A DNA stretch of 64,000 nucleotides from Chara braunii. Lineage: Eukaryota; Plantae; Charophyceae. This document shows positions 24,905 through 38,100 of the stretch, piece by piece. The position numbers were made by a program, and so were the translations under genes. Positions within the stretch are counted from its first letter, which is position 1. Every line of letters starts with the position of its first letter. The DNA is taken from NCBI GenBank assembly GCA_003427395.1, contig BFEA01000035.1:2322252-2386251 (forward strand), written 5' to 3'. The notes under the pieces were generated by a model that worked only from the letters and a program-made list of their open reading frames with translations, was not told where the DNA came from and searched no databases.

Positions 24905-25583
24905 TGCAGATGGATGGTGAAGGCTAGAGTCGCCGTGGCGACATAATGACTTGTTTTTTAACCGTTTTGTGTTACCAAAGTAACCCTCCGGTGACGTGGT
25001 CACTTGATACTTGCGTGTCGTGCACGATGTTGAATAGGGTTATGGTCTCACTTGTACTACTAATTATCTTTATACGCCTCCATGTGAAACTCATATTATT
25101 CGCATGAGATATAAGTTATGGGTTACAAAGGATCCAGGCATGTAAAGTCATGTTTAACATTTACGTTCGTGAGAATGAGACGCGTGGTAGTTTCTATATC
25201 CTAGTCAACTAACGTACGGCCACGTTTGGGAGATCAACGTCCCCAAGTGTTGATCCACCTGCAGGTTCAATTCAGGCGTAACCGCACGTACCACCTATGC
25301 TATAGCCTACGAGAAACACCCTCGATTAGGCCACATCTGCAATTGCATGTTTTCGCATGTGACTCAGTACCTCGGTGAGAATACGTCTACCTAAGGGATG
25401 GTAACAACTCTCACAGGTGGAGGTAAGTTGTACCTCGTAGAACACTATCATATCATAGGGAGTCGATGGAAGTCTAGATGGCGCACTGGACTAAAGAGGC
25501 GAAGCTGCTTGTGTTTGTGTGACATGTGGAATCCGGCGTGACATGGCCAGGAGGATCCCCGTGTGGGACCGATGCGCTCGACA
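24905..25583 (+). mobile_element. Old, 5'-truncated LTR remnant of the same Gypsy family
   Basis: Diverged alignment to the last ~0.8 kb of the LTRs (CCTATGCTA.AGC..ACGAGAAAC.CCCTCG, GGTGGAGGTAAGT) ending in GGACCGATGCGCTCGACA at 25583. The left boundary is approximate. Confidence 0.8.
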
Positions 25584-27364
25584 ACGTCATTACACTTAGT
25601 AACTACTCACACAAAGATCAAAAGGAAAGAATCAGTGGTCAGACATAATGTAGAATTCACACTGGCAAAACAATATCTGTGTAAAAATGTTATTGGGATA
25701 TTACATTCCCGTCTCTACCTTCTACGGGAAAGGCTGAATTCACAAGATGGTGTTAGTGCGAAAAGTCTCTTTACATAGCGTAATACCCGCCGTCAAATTT
25801 GATCATGAGCCTCATGACATGTCACAGCTAATGTAGGTCTAATATTTAAACACTTCATATATCATGTATGCACCAACTGAAGACGGGGAGATGACCCACG
25901 TTGTTACATCTAGTAATTGATACCTCTATGACCAAACAAAGAAAATCAGTAGTAAAAAAAAAAGAAAGAATTTACACGATAATATCGGTGTGAAAGGGTT
26001 TTTGGCATATTGGAATACCTACCTCTACCTTCCACATATAAGATGAAATTCACAAGATGGTTTCAATGTGAAAATATGACGCATCGGTGTTGACTATGCA
26101 GGGACGATCAAAATCTAGGAGGTGAAGAACTGACGCACAAGTCACCGCTTTCTTGAGGGCGCGAAAAGCATCCTCGTAGGGGGGGTTCAAAGGCCATCGC
26201 AGATTCTTCTTGAGGCCGATGAAGGTAAAAACGTAAGAGTATCTGGCGTATGCTCGGATGAAGCTACTGTAGTAATTATTAAGTTTGAGGAAAATGCGAA
26301 ACTGCTTAATGGATATGAGGTGTTAGACGTCCGTCATGATCAAGGTAGCGGAGCTCTGCAACAATAAAATGTCGAAAGAAAAACAAATGTCCGATACAAA
26401 CATCCTAACTAACAACATAAAATGAAATATAACATGATACAATCCTAAAGTTATGGAGACAACTGCCTCAGTGCTGAAAGGAAAAGGCAACAATAATGTC
26501 ACAAGACGATGTTGTGTTACTGAACCACTAAGAGTGAGATGGTCTCAGAGGGGCGAATGCGGCCTAAGAATTTAAACTCCGGGTTCAGTCACACACAAAG
26601 GTGAGATAGGTCATCAGCTCGGGGCGGGAGAAGTAGTAATGAAAAAAAAAAAAAACAATGACGCTAACAGATAGACCATCAAGGCGTTTTCGGTGTGAAT
26701 ACCCTTACAAGGGTATCCGCCCTGGTTTTCGCAAGTACCAGAAAATAAGTTTGATTTAAAAATTTAGGTATACCGCCCGAGGCGCGACTGCGTCTGTGGT
26801 TTACATTGACTAAATGGTCGACTAAAGTAAAGAGTGTTTGGGCGCGCAAATTTACGGTGTGTGTGATTTCTCTAATTATTGATGATAGCGAAGTCGGCGT
26901 AGTTGTCGGCCTAACTTTTATTTTTGATTAAGTTAAGATTAAAAGGGTTTTTGTCTCTTGATTGGTGGGGTTACCTGTGACTTGTACGCATGTGCGGAGA
27001 ATGTCATTGGCAACAAGGTGACCTTGAAATGTTTTCAGTAGGTCCTCGCTTTACACATTGTCCGCTTATTTAGGTGTTCGTCGAAACTAGACCAAGACTT
27101 GGGCCTAGCCCTATTGATTACGATGTTGGACTTTCATCAAAAAAATTCTCGGATCGAGATCGAGCGGCGACGATGCGGGGATATCAGGATAGTGCGAAGA
27201 GGACCGAGGGGTTGAGGACCCGATGGGCTATCCCCCTTGGTTTTGCCGTCGGCGGCGTTGAAACTGTACTAGCGGTTCCCCTCCCATCATCGTCATAACC
27301 TGACGACGAAGAGTTTTTAAAACATTGTTATTATTATCTGATGTTATTATTATTATTATTTTAT

Positions 27365-27596
27365 TTTTTATTTTTTTTTAAAAGAAAAATTGGACATGCT
27401 TGAAGTAGGGCAGTTGGCATTTTAGCTCAAGAACGTAGGTACCAACCCACCTCATCCCAGGGTCAATGGCTAAGAGCATCCCGCACCGGGAGACCTTTAC
27501 GGTACCCAGACGCACAGGTGTCACACTTAGTCCCCCTGAGATGTTGCTAGCAGCCCTTTCGTTCTTCATCAAAAACTGCCTACCCCCAACGGGTGC
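27365..27596 (-). mobile_element. Poly(A)-tailed insertion (SINE or truncated LINE 3' end) in the 5' LTR
   Basis: ~230 bp absent from the homologous positions at ~53745 and ~55085; T-rich tract at the left end; possible TSD ATTTTAT. Confidence 0.7.
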
Positions 27597-30500
27597 AATT
27601 TATGTTTTGGCTTTTTGTAAGTCGGACGTAACACCGACCGAGGGTGGCCGTCGTGGCAGTCAAGGACCTTGAGTATGCGCCCCTTTCGACAAACCGGTTT
27701 AGATTTCGCCGTGGTCGGGATACAGGCGGAAGCAATTTAGTTTTGCCCGCCTGAAAGAGCAAACTATAAAAGTCAACGTGTGGGAGGTTGGCATCGGGTC
27801 CGTGGCCATGGCTTCCCTGGCTTCCCAATTGGAGAGTGACGATGGCCTGAAGCAAAAAGGGAAAACCGGGGAACATTCTGAGCGACTCTGTGGGGCTGCA
27901 GCCCCAGAAAAGCAAGGGCCGAAGGCAGGGCACCGCGGCCAGCCACGTGGGTCCCCTCCTCCACCACCACCCTTCAAAGATTCTGACTGGGAACTTGCTA
28001 CTACCACCAAATTCTGCACAAGGGCTCGTTAGATCTAGATGCACACTGGAGGTTTGCAGTGGGTCCGCGCTCTTGATTTCACGGGTTGAGTGAGGACTTC
28101 CCTGCTTAAGGCTTGAGGTGGTGGGAAACTCCACCAAAGCAGAGTAAGCGGGGCGGTACATGCTACTGCAACTGGCAATATTGGCCAGGGGTCGTCCGGT
28201 AGCATCAGGATCAAGCTTATTCGACGGGCCGACCACTCGACCACTATGACACCTTTCCGGTCCCCTTCCCCTATGAATGTCAGCAGTCTCTGCATAATGC
28301 CACTAAGGGGGATTGTCGGGCGTTGCGCTAGAAGCAGCGGACAAAGTGAGTCAACAGAGCAACGACGCTAAGGGAGGAAAGTAGGCGCAGGTGGGGACAG
28401 AGGAGGATAAGGAAGAGAAAGCGAACGTGGGCGCAAATTTGCGCCGGGTGCGTTCGGCGGTGAAGATGATGGGATAGCGAACCCGGGCGCAACGAGGGGA
28501 GAATGGCACACTCGGCACTCCACAGAACCAGGCGGGAAGACCACTACAGAGGGGTTTTGAAAGACGACGAGCACGATTACGCAGTTAGTTTGCGCATTGG
28601 CTTAGTAGGTATGGTGGTAGAAGAGAAGTAGACCGTGCGGGAGATGGCGGGAGTGAACGAAGAAGGAGGAGTTAGCATGTAATATAGCTGATTGTGAAAG
28701 GAAAAGGGCAGGGAAAGCGGCATTTCCATTATGTTAGGGGTGAGTGAGTCTGATCGTGAGGATAGAATATGGAGAAAGTTAGTATAGATTAAGTTAGTAG
28801 TCGGAAAGGTTGCGCGGAGGTAGTACGACGAGAGGCTATGGCGGGCAGGAAAATGCATAGAGCGCCCGATTTTTCACAGAATCGAGCAAGGTAAGAACTG
28901 GTATTGGGGTGGTTAGCTACTGGGAATCCATTTGGGAAGTCAAAGTAGAGAGCGGATTAGCAGGCTAGGAGTTAATAGGAAGATTGGTGTGCAAAGGGAA
29001 ACGGAGCGTGACTATGGCATAAGGAAAAAGTTCTTTTAGTACACCCGACCCTCTGTAGAATCGGGCGAACTAAGATGGTGGTCTGAGACTTTCCTATAGG
29101 GCGAGGGTGATAGTGGAACCGGGTTTCGAAGATAGTGGGTGAAGTTTGTGTAGCAGATAAAGAGGGCTGCGTCGAGGGGAGAAATTAGTAAAGTATCCAT
29201 ACATTTAGCCCGATTTTTGTGATAGATTCACTTCAAACTTACCGGCTCTATCGATGGGAGTCGCCTCGTTCTATCTCTCCCTGTGGGTGCACTAAGTAGA
29301 CTCGTGCGCCTGGCGAACCCCTCAGTCATACTCACGACGGACCCTTTATGTATCCGCTTATTTGATTGTGTGTCCTTCCATAATATAGTGGAAGATCCAT
29401 TCAATATTGCTCGGCCTGGCGATAGGAGAGGCATGAGGCCAGCTGCGAGGGTGAAGACTTACCTTTTGGCCGGTACGATTTGCTCTGACTGTCGAGAGAA
29501 GTAGTCTTCCTCTGTCTCTCTGCATAACATTGGCGCAACGCGTCCTTCTAGGTTGCTGTGCGTCGAAGCTCCCCCCCACGTTAGTAGTTATCACGATCAA
29601 CGTCATCCCAATTCGTGATCTTCTTCTTCTTCTTCACTGTGAACGAATCTTGTTGGGCCAACCAAGAGTTGGGAGTGCGGGCTGAATACTTACCTTGTTG
29701 GCTGATCCGGTGCCCATTCTGCCAACCGGTTACGTGAGCCCGACTGTGTGGTTTGTATTCCCACATGTTGGACGTTCAGGTGAGCTAAGTGTAAGAGACG
29801 ATTGAAGAAGAGGAGAACGAATTTTCGCTTTGGGCGCTGCTGTGTTCCGCCGAGTCCTGCTACAGTGCGTTGTGCAGTTGCTGTTGTAGGACTGTAGTAC
29901 CACTGATTCGCTGCACATGCTGCATCTGCATGTTACTAGTGAGCGGCGAACTATCTAAGGTTTTGTTGCACTTTGGATAGAGCATGAAGGGTATGCCCTA
30001 CCAGAATGCAACCATTTTGGACTACGTTGCCGCAACTTAGATGGAGGTAGAAGCGGCGTGGCTTGAGGAAGTGGCTGAATTCGACAAAGAGGGGTATTGC
30101 TGCGAGTTGGAAGTACACCAGAGAGTTAACGGGTGATCGTCTGATTTTAGTTGACTAAGTTGTTACGGTTAGGCCACCATTGGGGGACCCTCAGGCGAAT
30201 GAAGGTACCAAGCTCCTCTCCTGCAAGTTGAGTCAATCCCACTCCTGTATCTCGAGCGTCTGAAACCCCTCCTTCTGCCCTCTAAGTCTAATCCTGTTCT
30301 AAGAGGAAGGAGGCAAGCGGGATTGCAACCCGTAAGACAGCCGCAAGACTCTGTGGGGAGTTAACCCACTGATTGAGCGCGCTCTGTCGGAACTCAAGAG
30401 GAGTTCTGGAGGCAGGGAACTGAGAGGTAACCATTTGCTTTCCCTCCATAAGCCCAGTTATAACCCCTACCTGTACGTCTTGCTATGGTTGACTGAGTAT

Positions 30501-30698
30501 ATTGCCTGCATCCCTTCTTTGACTTTCAGTTCGACTTTCAACACAAACCAGAGTTAATTAAATGAATGACTGTGCAAGTTACAGTTTCAATTTTGTTTGT
30601 CTAACTAAAAGCAGATTGCGGGGTTGCATCTGGGGGAAAGGTGAGAGGAAGGTTGTATTGAATGTGTTTGACTGGGTCAACCCAAGGCTGGGAGAGTC

Positions 30699-31342
30699 TC
30701 CATAAGATTGGAGGACCTAGTGATGTGTTTATTTTCGATTGCCTGAAGGACCAGCCAGGTTCCCATAAGATTGGTTAGTCTGGTTGCTTTGAGTAGCGAA
30801 GACTGTTTGTGCTTGATTTTCAGGAACCAAGCATTTTTTCATAAGATTGGATGACATGGTTGCCTTGCTTCTTTGGGTTTTCTTATGTTTTACTAGTTCT
30901 AAAGGAGAGTTGGGCATGTTCCATAACATTGGATGACCCCGACTCTCTCTTGTTTTATTTTGAGGGAGAAATTCAGGCAAAAGGACTGGACTGGTTCCCA
31001 TAAGATTGTGCGGTCTGGTCTGGAGCCGCGCACATGCTGAAACCAAAAGATTAAATTTGTTTAACTAAAGTGTATCATTTAACTGAAGAAAGTATGAATT
31101 AAGAATAAAATTGTGGTAAGAAGGAACATGATGAACCTTGATCTAAGATTATCAGTTCAGTCATATGTTACCTTAAAAGATAAAGTGCAGACAATTATAT
31201 ATAACTTGGATATTTAAATGGTCCAGGGCGACTAGGATGACTAACCTAGTCATGTGCCCAAAAAAGAGAAAAGTTGGAGTGCCCTGTGTTTGTGTATATT
31301 CTATGGCCGAGCTAGAAAGGTTCCCATAAGATTGGGTGGTCT
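30699..31342. repeat. Spaced CCATAAGATTGG(GTGGTCT) motif array in the LTR
   Basis: 6 copies here, mostly 60-80 bp apart; 7 copies each at 39693-40403 and 58635-59342. Confidence 0.85.
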
Positions 31343-31664
31343 AGTTGTAAGCCTGAAGTAAGTTGGGTATAAGAGACGAATTAGTGAGAGACTACGAACT
31401 ATTGTTTGACCAGGTTGACTTAGGGTTGGTGAGAGTACTTACCTTTGTGGTTTGGCCTTGCATGTGACTGCGTGAGGTTACTTCTTGGTATGAGTTTCAG
31501 TTGATAGGTAGTTGCTTTAGATGCTCGTCACGTGCTAGAGTCATATGAGATAGTTTCAATTCATGCATTTTCTTTGCTACGTTTATTTTTACTTAGGTCA
31601 ATTTCTACGTTTTCTAAGATTATTTATTGTACTTGATCTTGTATAAGTCTTGGTAAGCTACTTT

Positions 31665-32215
31665 CTCTACGAGAAACGATGCCAAAATTTCTACAAAACC
31701 ATGGAGTTAGTAAAATTTTGTCTTTTCAAAAGTTTGGTTTGTCTGACTTTTATATATGACTTAGTAAAAATCTGTAAAACCCCATTTTCTAATGGGAGTT
31801 CTGCCCAAATTTTTGCTACTTCAGGGAGTTAGACAAAATTGAACCTTGAAAAGTCAAAGTCACTTTCGATTTTGAACTTAGCTTTGTAGAAATCTTGGAT
31901 TAACGCTTTTTCAAAATGAGTGCTGCCGAAATTTCTATAAATCTAAGGAGTTAGTTAAATTTTGTCTTAGTCGAACTCAGATCGTGCTTCTGAGTTCATA
32001 TCTGACTTATAAAATATCTAAAAAAACTTATTTTTTAAAGGGAGTGTTTCTCATATTTTTACTAAATCAGGGAGTTCGACGAAATTTGACTTTCCAGAAT
32101 TAAAGATTACTTTTGTTTTCATATTTGAGTTATTATAAATTATGAAAAAACATTTTTCCTACGGGAAGCGCTGCCGAAATTTTCTTAGTTTAAAGAAGTT
32201 GGATTATATTTTGAC
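31665..32215. repeat. Five degenerate ~122-bp tandem units in the LTR
   Basis: GGGAAGCGCTGCCGAAATTT...GGAGTTAG..AAATTT at ~31668, 31790, 31915, 32038, 32160; also at ~40725-41275 and ~59662-60210. Confidence 0.8.
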
Positions 32216-33947
32216 TGATGATAATTCGGGCAATCCACCCTGAATAAGAGAGGTGTTGCCATAGGTCTGTATTGCGTTGGGTACTAGCTTAGAAGTAGGC
32301 CTAGCGGTAGATTCTAGGAGGACCTTGGATGAGAATGTGTTATGAATCTTTATTCTCCATACACTTATGAATTTAGCTTGGGTATTGACCTGTCATATGT
32401 TACATGCCCTCTTGACCGTTTGATTCAGGATCTGGAATAGAGTCAGCTTGATCCCACGGGGATCATCTTGTTGTCACTGATAACAGGTCGGTTGCCGATT
32501 TGTCGGTTTACGATTTAACTCCAATCCACTCTTGCCACTTAACCTAAAGGCTTTAGCCCTGAGGTTTGAAATGTCTAATTGTGTTTTCACCCGGACTTTA
32601 TGAAATGACCATTTAACAAAGGTACTGAGTATTTTATTGCTGGAAGGGTGCGCTAAGGTTAATGTTTGTGTGACTAAAGCAAAGGGTGTGAATGTTGGAG
32701 TTGTTGAAGTTGACCCCCCGTAGTGCATGAACTTTTTGGTTGAATCTTTGATTTGATTGTAGGTATGTTTGGTGGTTTGGATTTTGGATTTGACCGCCTG
32801 CGATCATATACATATATATGGCTGAGAGGAGTCCGACTGTGATTGTGAGAAGTGATCGTCACATAATTATAACCTTTTATATATATGAAAATACATATGT
32901 CTTGAGTGTTTCGCGAGGCCTACTATGACCGCGTGTAAGGGCTAAACAAATTATGTTTTTGAGAGAAAAAGGAGATCCCCTGTTATCCTTTGTTTTTTAA
33001 AGTTTTTATAGTTGAACGTTGTAATCCGTTGCAGCCGTCAAAGTCAAACCCCTTAATTTCTCTCCAGACCCTGGATGATGGAGCTGGTCTCCAGGGTGAT
33101 AAGGGACGATTGCCATTACAGGTATGAACCTGTGTACCACCCACTTTCCGCAGTGTGCAGAAGAGGGTGTGGTTCTCAACCCCACTTGGCGGTTGTCCAG
33201 CGTCGAGAGATCAATCCCTCTAGGCGAGTGTCAACCGACACTTGACTGTCGAATGCAACCCTCGAGATTAACGAGGACCGCATGAGCATGGGTACTACAT
33301 AGTACGCCATCATTGCGACTGCTTGCGTATGCTTGCATTGCGAGTCGATATGAAATAACCCTGCGTCCACGCGGTTTTATACTAAGTCTCTCGTTATGGG
33401 ATGACTACTAAGAGACTAAGAGTGTTGTCGCTTTGTTTGTTCTGTGTCGTTTCGTGTATGTGTGTGTATGTGTGTTTTAATTTTTATGTTCTTAGAGTGG
33501 TGTATGTGTAGTGTGTGGAAGCGTCCCAGTCGACTGACGACGGGTCGCGCTTGGGACCTCAACACCCCAAGGCGTCGGTTCGCGTGCGGGTCCGATAAAG
33601 AGGTAAAACCGCGCGTACCCCCTATGCTACAGCGAACAAGAAACGCCCTCGGCTGGTCCACCTCTGCGATTGCAACTGATTAGGTTTCGTACTGTGATTT
33701 GTAGCTCCGCGGGGATACGCCCACCGAAGGGAGGTCACAACTCCTGTAAGGTGGAGGTAAGTCGTGTCTCGCATATGCCCTATCCTGTCGTAGGGGCTCG
33801 TGAGAGGTATGGCTGACGCACTCGGTCGGAGCGGCTTGCGGAAGCTCCATGTACATATCAAAATGAGGAATAGACCAACTCCTGCGTGATGCGGGCGGGA
33901 GGGTCCCGCCCCGTTTTATGTGGTGCTGGACCGATGCGCTCGACAGG

Positions 33948-33966
33948 TGGCGTCGTTGCCAGGGAT
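33948..33966 (+). promoter_or_regulatory. Primer-binding site, tRNA-Asp type
   Basis: TGGCGTCGTTGCCAGGGAT, 2 nt after the LTR end; 2 mismatches to TGGCGCCGTTGCCGGGGAT, the complement of the plant tRNA-Asp 3' end used by Athila elements. Confidence 0.85.
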
Positions 33967-34335
33967 AACGGAAACCTACCGTTGTCGCTGGTCAAACGAC
34001 ATCAGGGTATGGGATTGAGATGGAAATAGGCGTATAAGGAAAGACAGAGTACGTGATGCCTTGACGGACTATCTATGATGGATGAACGTTATTAACGTAA
34101 TAAGTTTTATCTTTGATCTGATTGATTGCCTGAGTTAAAAAATCATAAAGGGAGTCCTATAGTGGAAGTGAGACCTACTAAGATGAGTTCAAAGGGAAGG
34201 AATGGGTAGTATTATTAGATCTATACCGCTAAGTGAATGTGCAGGAAACCTGATAGGCATTATGGTAAGTCAGGACACTGAATGAAAGTTTTTCCTCTTC
34301 TTAACAGGGAAATTTGAGTAAGAGATTCGACCAAG

Positions 34336-35152
34336 ATGTCGGGAGGCATTACTGATGGTGTCGGGAAAGTCCTGACAATTGATGACTTGGTCGAGGCCCT
34401 GAACAAACAACAGAGGTTGCAGAGCAACGTTCCCAAAGTCAACACCTTCCATTTCAACGGTGAGCGAGTTTCAGAATGGTTGAAACTGGTTGAGCAGACT
34501 CCGGTGGGGTTATTAGATGCGGTAAACTTCTAGCGTATTCTGAAGTATGTACTCCATCTGCACCACCAAGAGGTAAATAAGGTGATCAATGCAGCTAATG
34601 GCAGTTGGGCGAGGTTTAAAGATGGAATGCAGAGGAAGTATAGGCTGGGTGATGGTTTGTTGACCATTGCGGATTTAGAGGCAATGGATAGGGATGACTT
34701 TACGATAGTCGGGGCCTTTGCGCAGGAGCTTAAGAAAAAAACAAGGAAGGTCCCCGGAATCTCGGAAGAAGCACAATGTGCGATCTTTCTTAGGCTGTTC
34801 ACTGCCTCGGAGGCCTCGGAGTTGACAAGTCATGGAGGAGGAAGCGCAAAGCTCACCTGGGTCACCATCGACAAGGGGGTGGAGGAAGGGAGTTTGGACC
34901 AGGTGGAGCAGTATCAAATGCGCCAGCAAAGGCGAAAAAGGAAGGAGCGAGATGCGATCGCTTCAGGGACCCCGATGGTGAAAAGGATCGTAACAGACTT
35001 ACTTGCGGAGTTGAGGTATGGGAAAGACGCAGTGGTACAAAAGAAAGTGGTGACAACGATCCAAGGGAAGGGGAAGGATCCAGTGATAGAGGAGGCCATT
35101 CAGGAGGAATGAGAAGAAGAAGAGTCGGTGCCCCAACACCTTTCAAAGGCGT
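34336..35152 (+). pseudogene. gag: Retrotransposon gag, N-terminal part
   Basis: MSGGITDG...FHFNGERVSEWL...SWARFKDGMQRKY, one frame with two premature stops; interrupted at ...PQHLSKA by the solo LTR. Confidence 0.85.
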
Positions 35153-38100
35153 TGTCGGTGCGAATACCCTTACAAGGGTATCCGCCCTGGGTTTTGCAAG
35201 CGATAGAAAATGATTTTGATTTTAAAGTTTAAGTATACCGGGTGAGGCGTGGTTGTGTCTGTGGTTTACATTGACTAAGTGGCTGACTAGAGCAGAGAGT
35301 GTGTGGACGCGCAAATTTAAGGCGCTCGTGATCTCTTTAATTATTGGTGATGGCGAAGTCGGCATTGTCGCCGACCAGGTTTTTATTCCTGATTAAATTA
35401 GGATTAAAATGGATTTTGTCCCGTGATTGGTGCACTTGCTTGAAGACCTGTACGTACGTACGGAGGACGACATCGAGAACACCATGATTTTGAAGACGTT
35501 CGGTAAATCTGCGTGTCGCACAGTATCCATTTATTTAGGTGTCCATCAAAACTAGACCCAGCCTTGGGCCTAACATTATTTGGTTATAGCATCGAACTTT
35601 CATCAGAGAAATTTAGGGATCGAGATCGAGCAGCGGCGACGCGGGGATATCAGAGTAGACTGAAAGGACCGAGGGGTTGAATGCCCGACAGGGCTATCCT
35701 CCTTGGTTCTGTCATCGGCGATGTCAAGACGATACTAGCGGATCTTTTTTTTTTTCTCATTCGTCACAATCAGGCAATTTAAAACTTGTAAATATTTTAT
35801 TATTTAACGGTGTATTACCAATATTTTTATGCTCCAGCATCCTTTTGACTTGGGTATGAGAACATTGAGCACGCGCCTCTTTTTGGTGGACCCGTTTAAA
35901 TTTCCGCGTGTTTGAGACCGTTGTGAAAAATTGGGCCGAGGAGTCCGACGTGCATGCGAGCCGGCGGGTGTTTAACCCACGAGCCGAAAGAAAACCTCAA
36001 AGGCGAGGACCTTTGGCGAGTGTGCCGGTCGCCAACCGCTGACTGCCGCAAGAAAGGCTTGAGTGCCCATGCCATCGGGGCTAGAGGAGGCAGGCCGCAA
36101 CCCAGGGCACATTGAGGGACTGCGCAACCGTGTCGAGTGCCCAACTGGTCTGTGGAACTCCCTTCACCTCGGTTTTCAAAAGTTCTCATTTGAATATTTG
36201 CCGCTACCATTAAGATCTGCACCGAGACCCGACCTTCCTAGGCTCGTGCCGCTGGCTTAGCAGCAAGCCTGTGCCCTCCGGCTTACTAAGGGGGCGGAGG
36301 CGAGAAGGCCGAGCATAGAGGAGGGGGTGCTGCAGCATCTTCCTGTCGGTTTCAGCCACGTATGTGCTCGTGCCGCTTGGGCTGGCAGATGGGTGGGCAC
36401 CAACGGAGCATAGGGGCTACGGGCTACTTGAACAAGCCTTGTTGTCTGACTCAATAAGGAATTCTCCTTGGGCGCTGGAGCAAATCGGACAGGCCACGGT
36501 GTCGGGTGTTGTCGGACCAAAGGGGGGCAAGGACGAGTGGAGCAGACCAGAGACTGTGCACAGCGAAGGCCAGGAAGCGCAGTGGCACAACAAAAAAACA
36601 GCAAGGAGCGAAAGGTACCGGGCCAGAGGGCGCTGTGAGGGAGGGCGCAACAGTGAGTATCCGCAGATCGTTCTTCGGATCTGCGGGCAGAAGAGGCAAG
36701 CCTTGCTGGAAAGACTGGTAACAGGTTCCCTGCGAAGTTTCTCTCGGGATAGTGGGAGTTGTTGGGTAGCTCGCCGGTCACTGCAGGGTCCGCTACTGTC
36801 GGAGGCAGGGTCGACTGAAGGAGTAAGGTGGGCAGCTGCGGAAGCAAGACGAGCAGCAAGGGAAAATGGCGGAATGAATCTAGAGGGGTTGCTGCGCCAG
36901 ATACGTTCGGTAAAGGAGATGGTGGAAGGATGAGCAGGGCGCAATGATGAAAGGTATGGGGGGATGTCGGCGAGAGTGAATACTGGCGGAGGCAATTTCG
37001 ACGGACAGGAAGAGAGTCGAAAGTGTGGGAAGAAGAAGGAATCGAGACAGAGAAGCACGTTGGGTACGTGCGGGACGAACGGTGGATGGCGGAGACGGAA
37101 AGGGATAAGCTCAGCGGAAGGGAGAAAGGTCACCTCGCTCATTTCTTGACGAAATAAGACCAAGGAGGATTCGTTGTAGGATTTTTTAGGGCGGACGAAT
37201 CCGAATTCGTACTTAGTTTGAGCAGGGAGTTAGTAGGGTTGGAGATAGAAGGAGAATAGGCTGCGCGGAGAGGTGGTAGAGGCGGATATGGTGGGGGTTG
37301 AAAAACAGAGAGATCTCGATTCCACGTGGAATCAAGCGAACAGAGACACGGTATAGGGGTTTTTCAGCATTACGAATTAAACGGTAAGGTCAGATTAGGA
37401 TGGAAGTTAGTCGGTGGTGAGTTACTAAAGAAGAGATGTGCGTGGGAGTGTCGAGAAAACATGACTATGAAGGGAGAGAGAGGAAGATGTTGGATCTCGA
37501 CCGTTTCTTAGCCGATCTCAACAGGGAGAGGCACTAAGTAAAGATTTTAGGGAGGGGCGACCTCGTTGGTGAAGTCGAAGTGGAGGAAGGATTAGTAGGA
37601 AGTGAAGTGAGAGGGGAAAGTGATGCGCCGAGGTTGCACGAGGATGAAGATCGAATAGCTCGCTCGTTCCTGGATGGAAGCGAGCGAGTGAAGGCTCATC
37701 TCGGGAGTTTCAAGGAGCGCCGAATGGGATGCCGAACTCAGATTTTTAAAACTGATGGGCGGATTGTTCGTTACATACAGCGAGCGCTGCGCTGGGAAGG
37801 AACCCTTCACACTATTTTTGGTGAATATGTGAATGTATCCTCCCACAGTGTAATGAAAGGTTCATTTTTGCTTAAGTAACGAGCGATAGGGCGGGGCGAT
37901 TTCCTCTTCGAGTATACCATCGTCAGTCTTTCTCCCCGCACGTAGCTGACTGATCCGTGTCCTGATACCGCCCTCCGCTTTGTGAATGGTTAGATTCATT
38001 GACGAAGATGCACCTGACCATATTCTACCGAAAGGTTCGACCAAGGCAATAGCAAGTGAGCAGACGAGCGGGCTTGAATATCGCACAGAGAGAGAGAGAG

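Larger units (their letters stand above)
26688..33945 (+). mobile_element. 5' LTR (~7.26 kb)
   Basis: Starts T(T)TCGGTGTGAATACCCTTACAAGGG, ends GATGCGCTCGACA; colinear with 54418-61980; followed by the PBS. Confidence 0.9.

Noticed and set aside
30699-31342. CRISPR interpretation of the spaced LTR motifs
   Set aside because: Repeats are short and degenerate, spacing is irregular, and spacers are orthologous among LTR copies.
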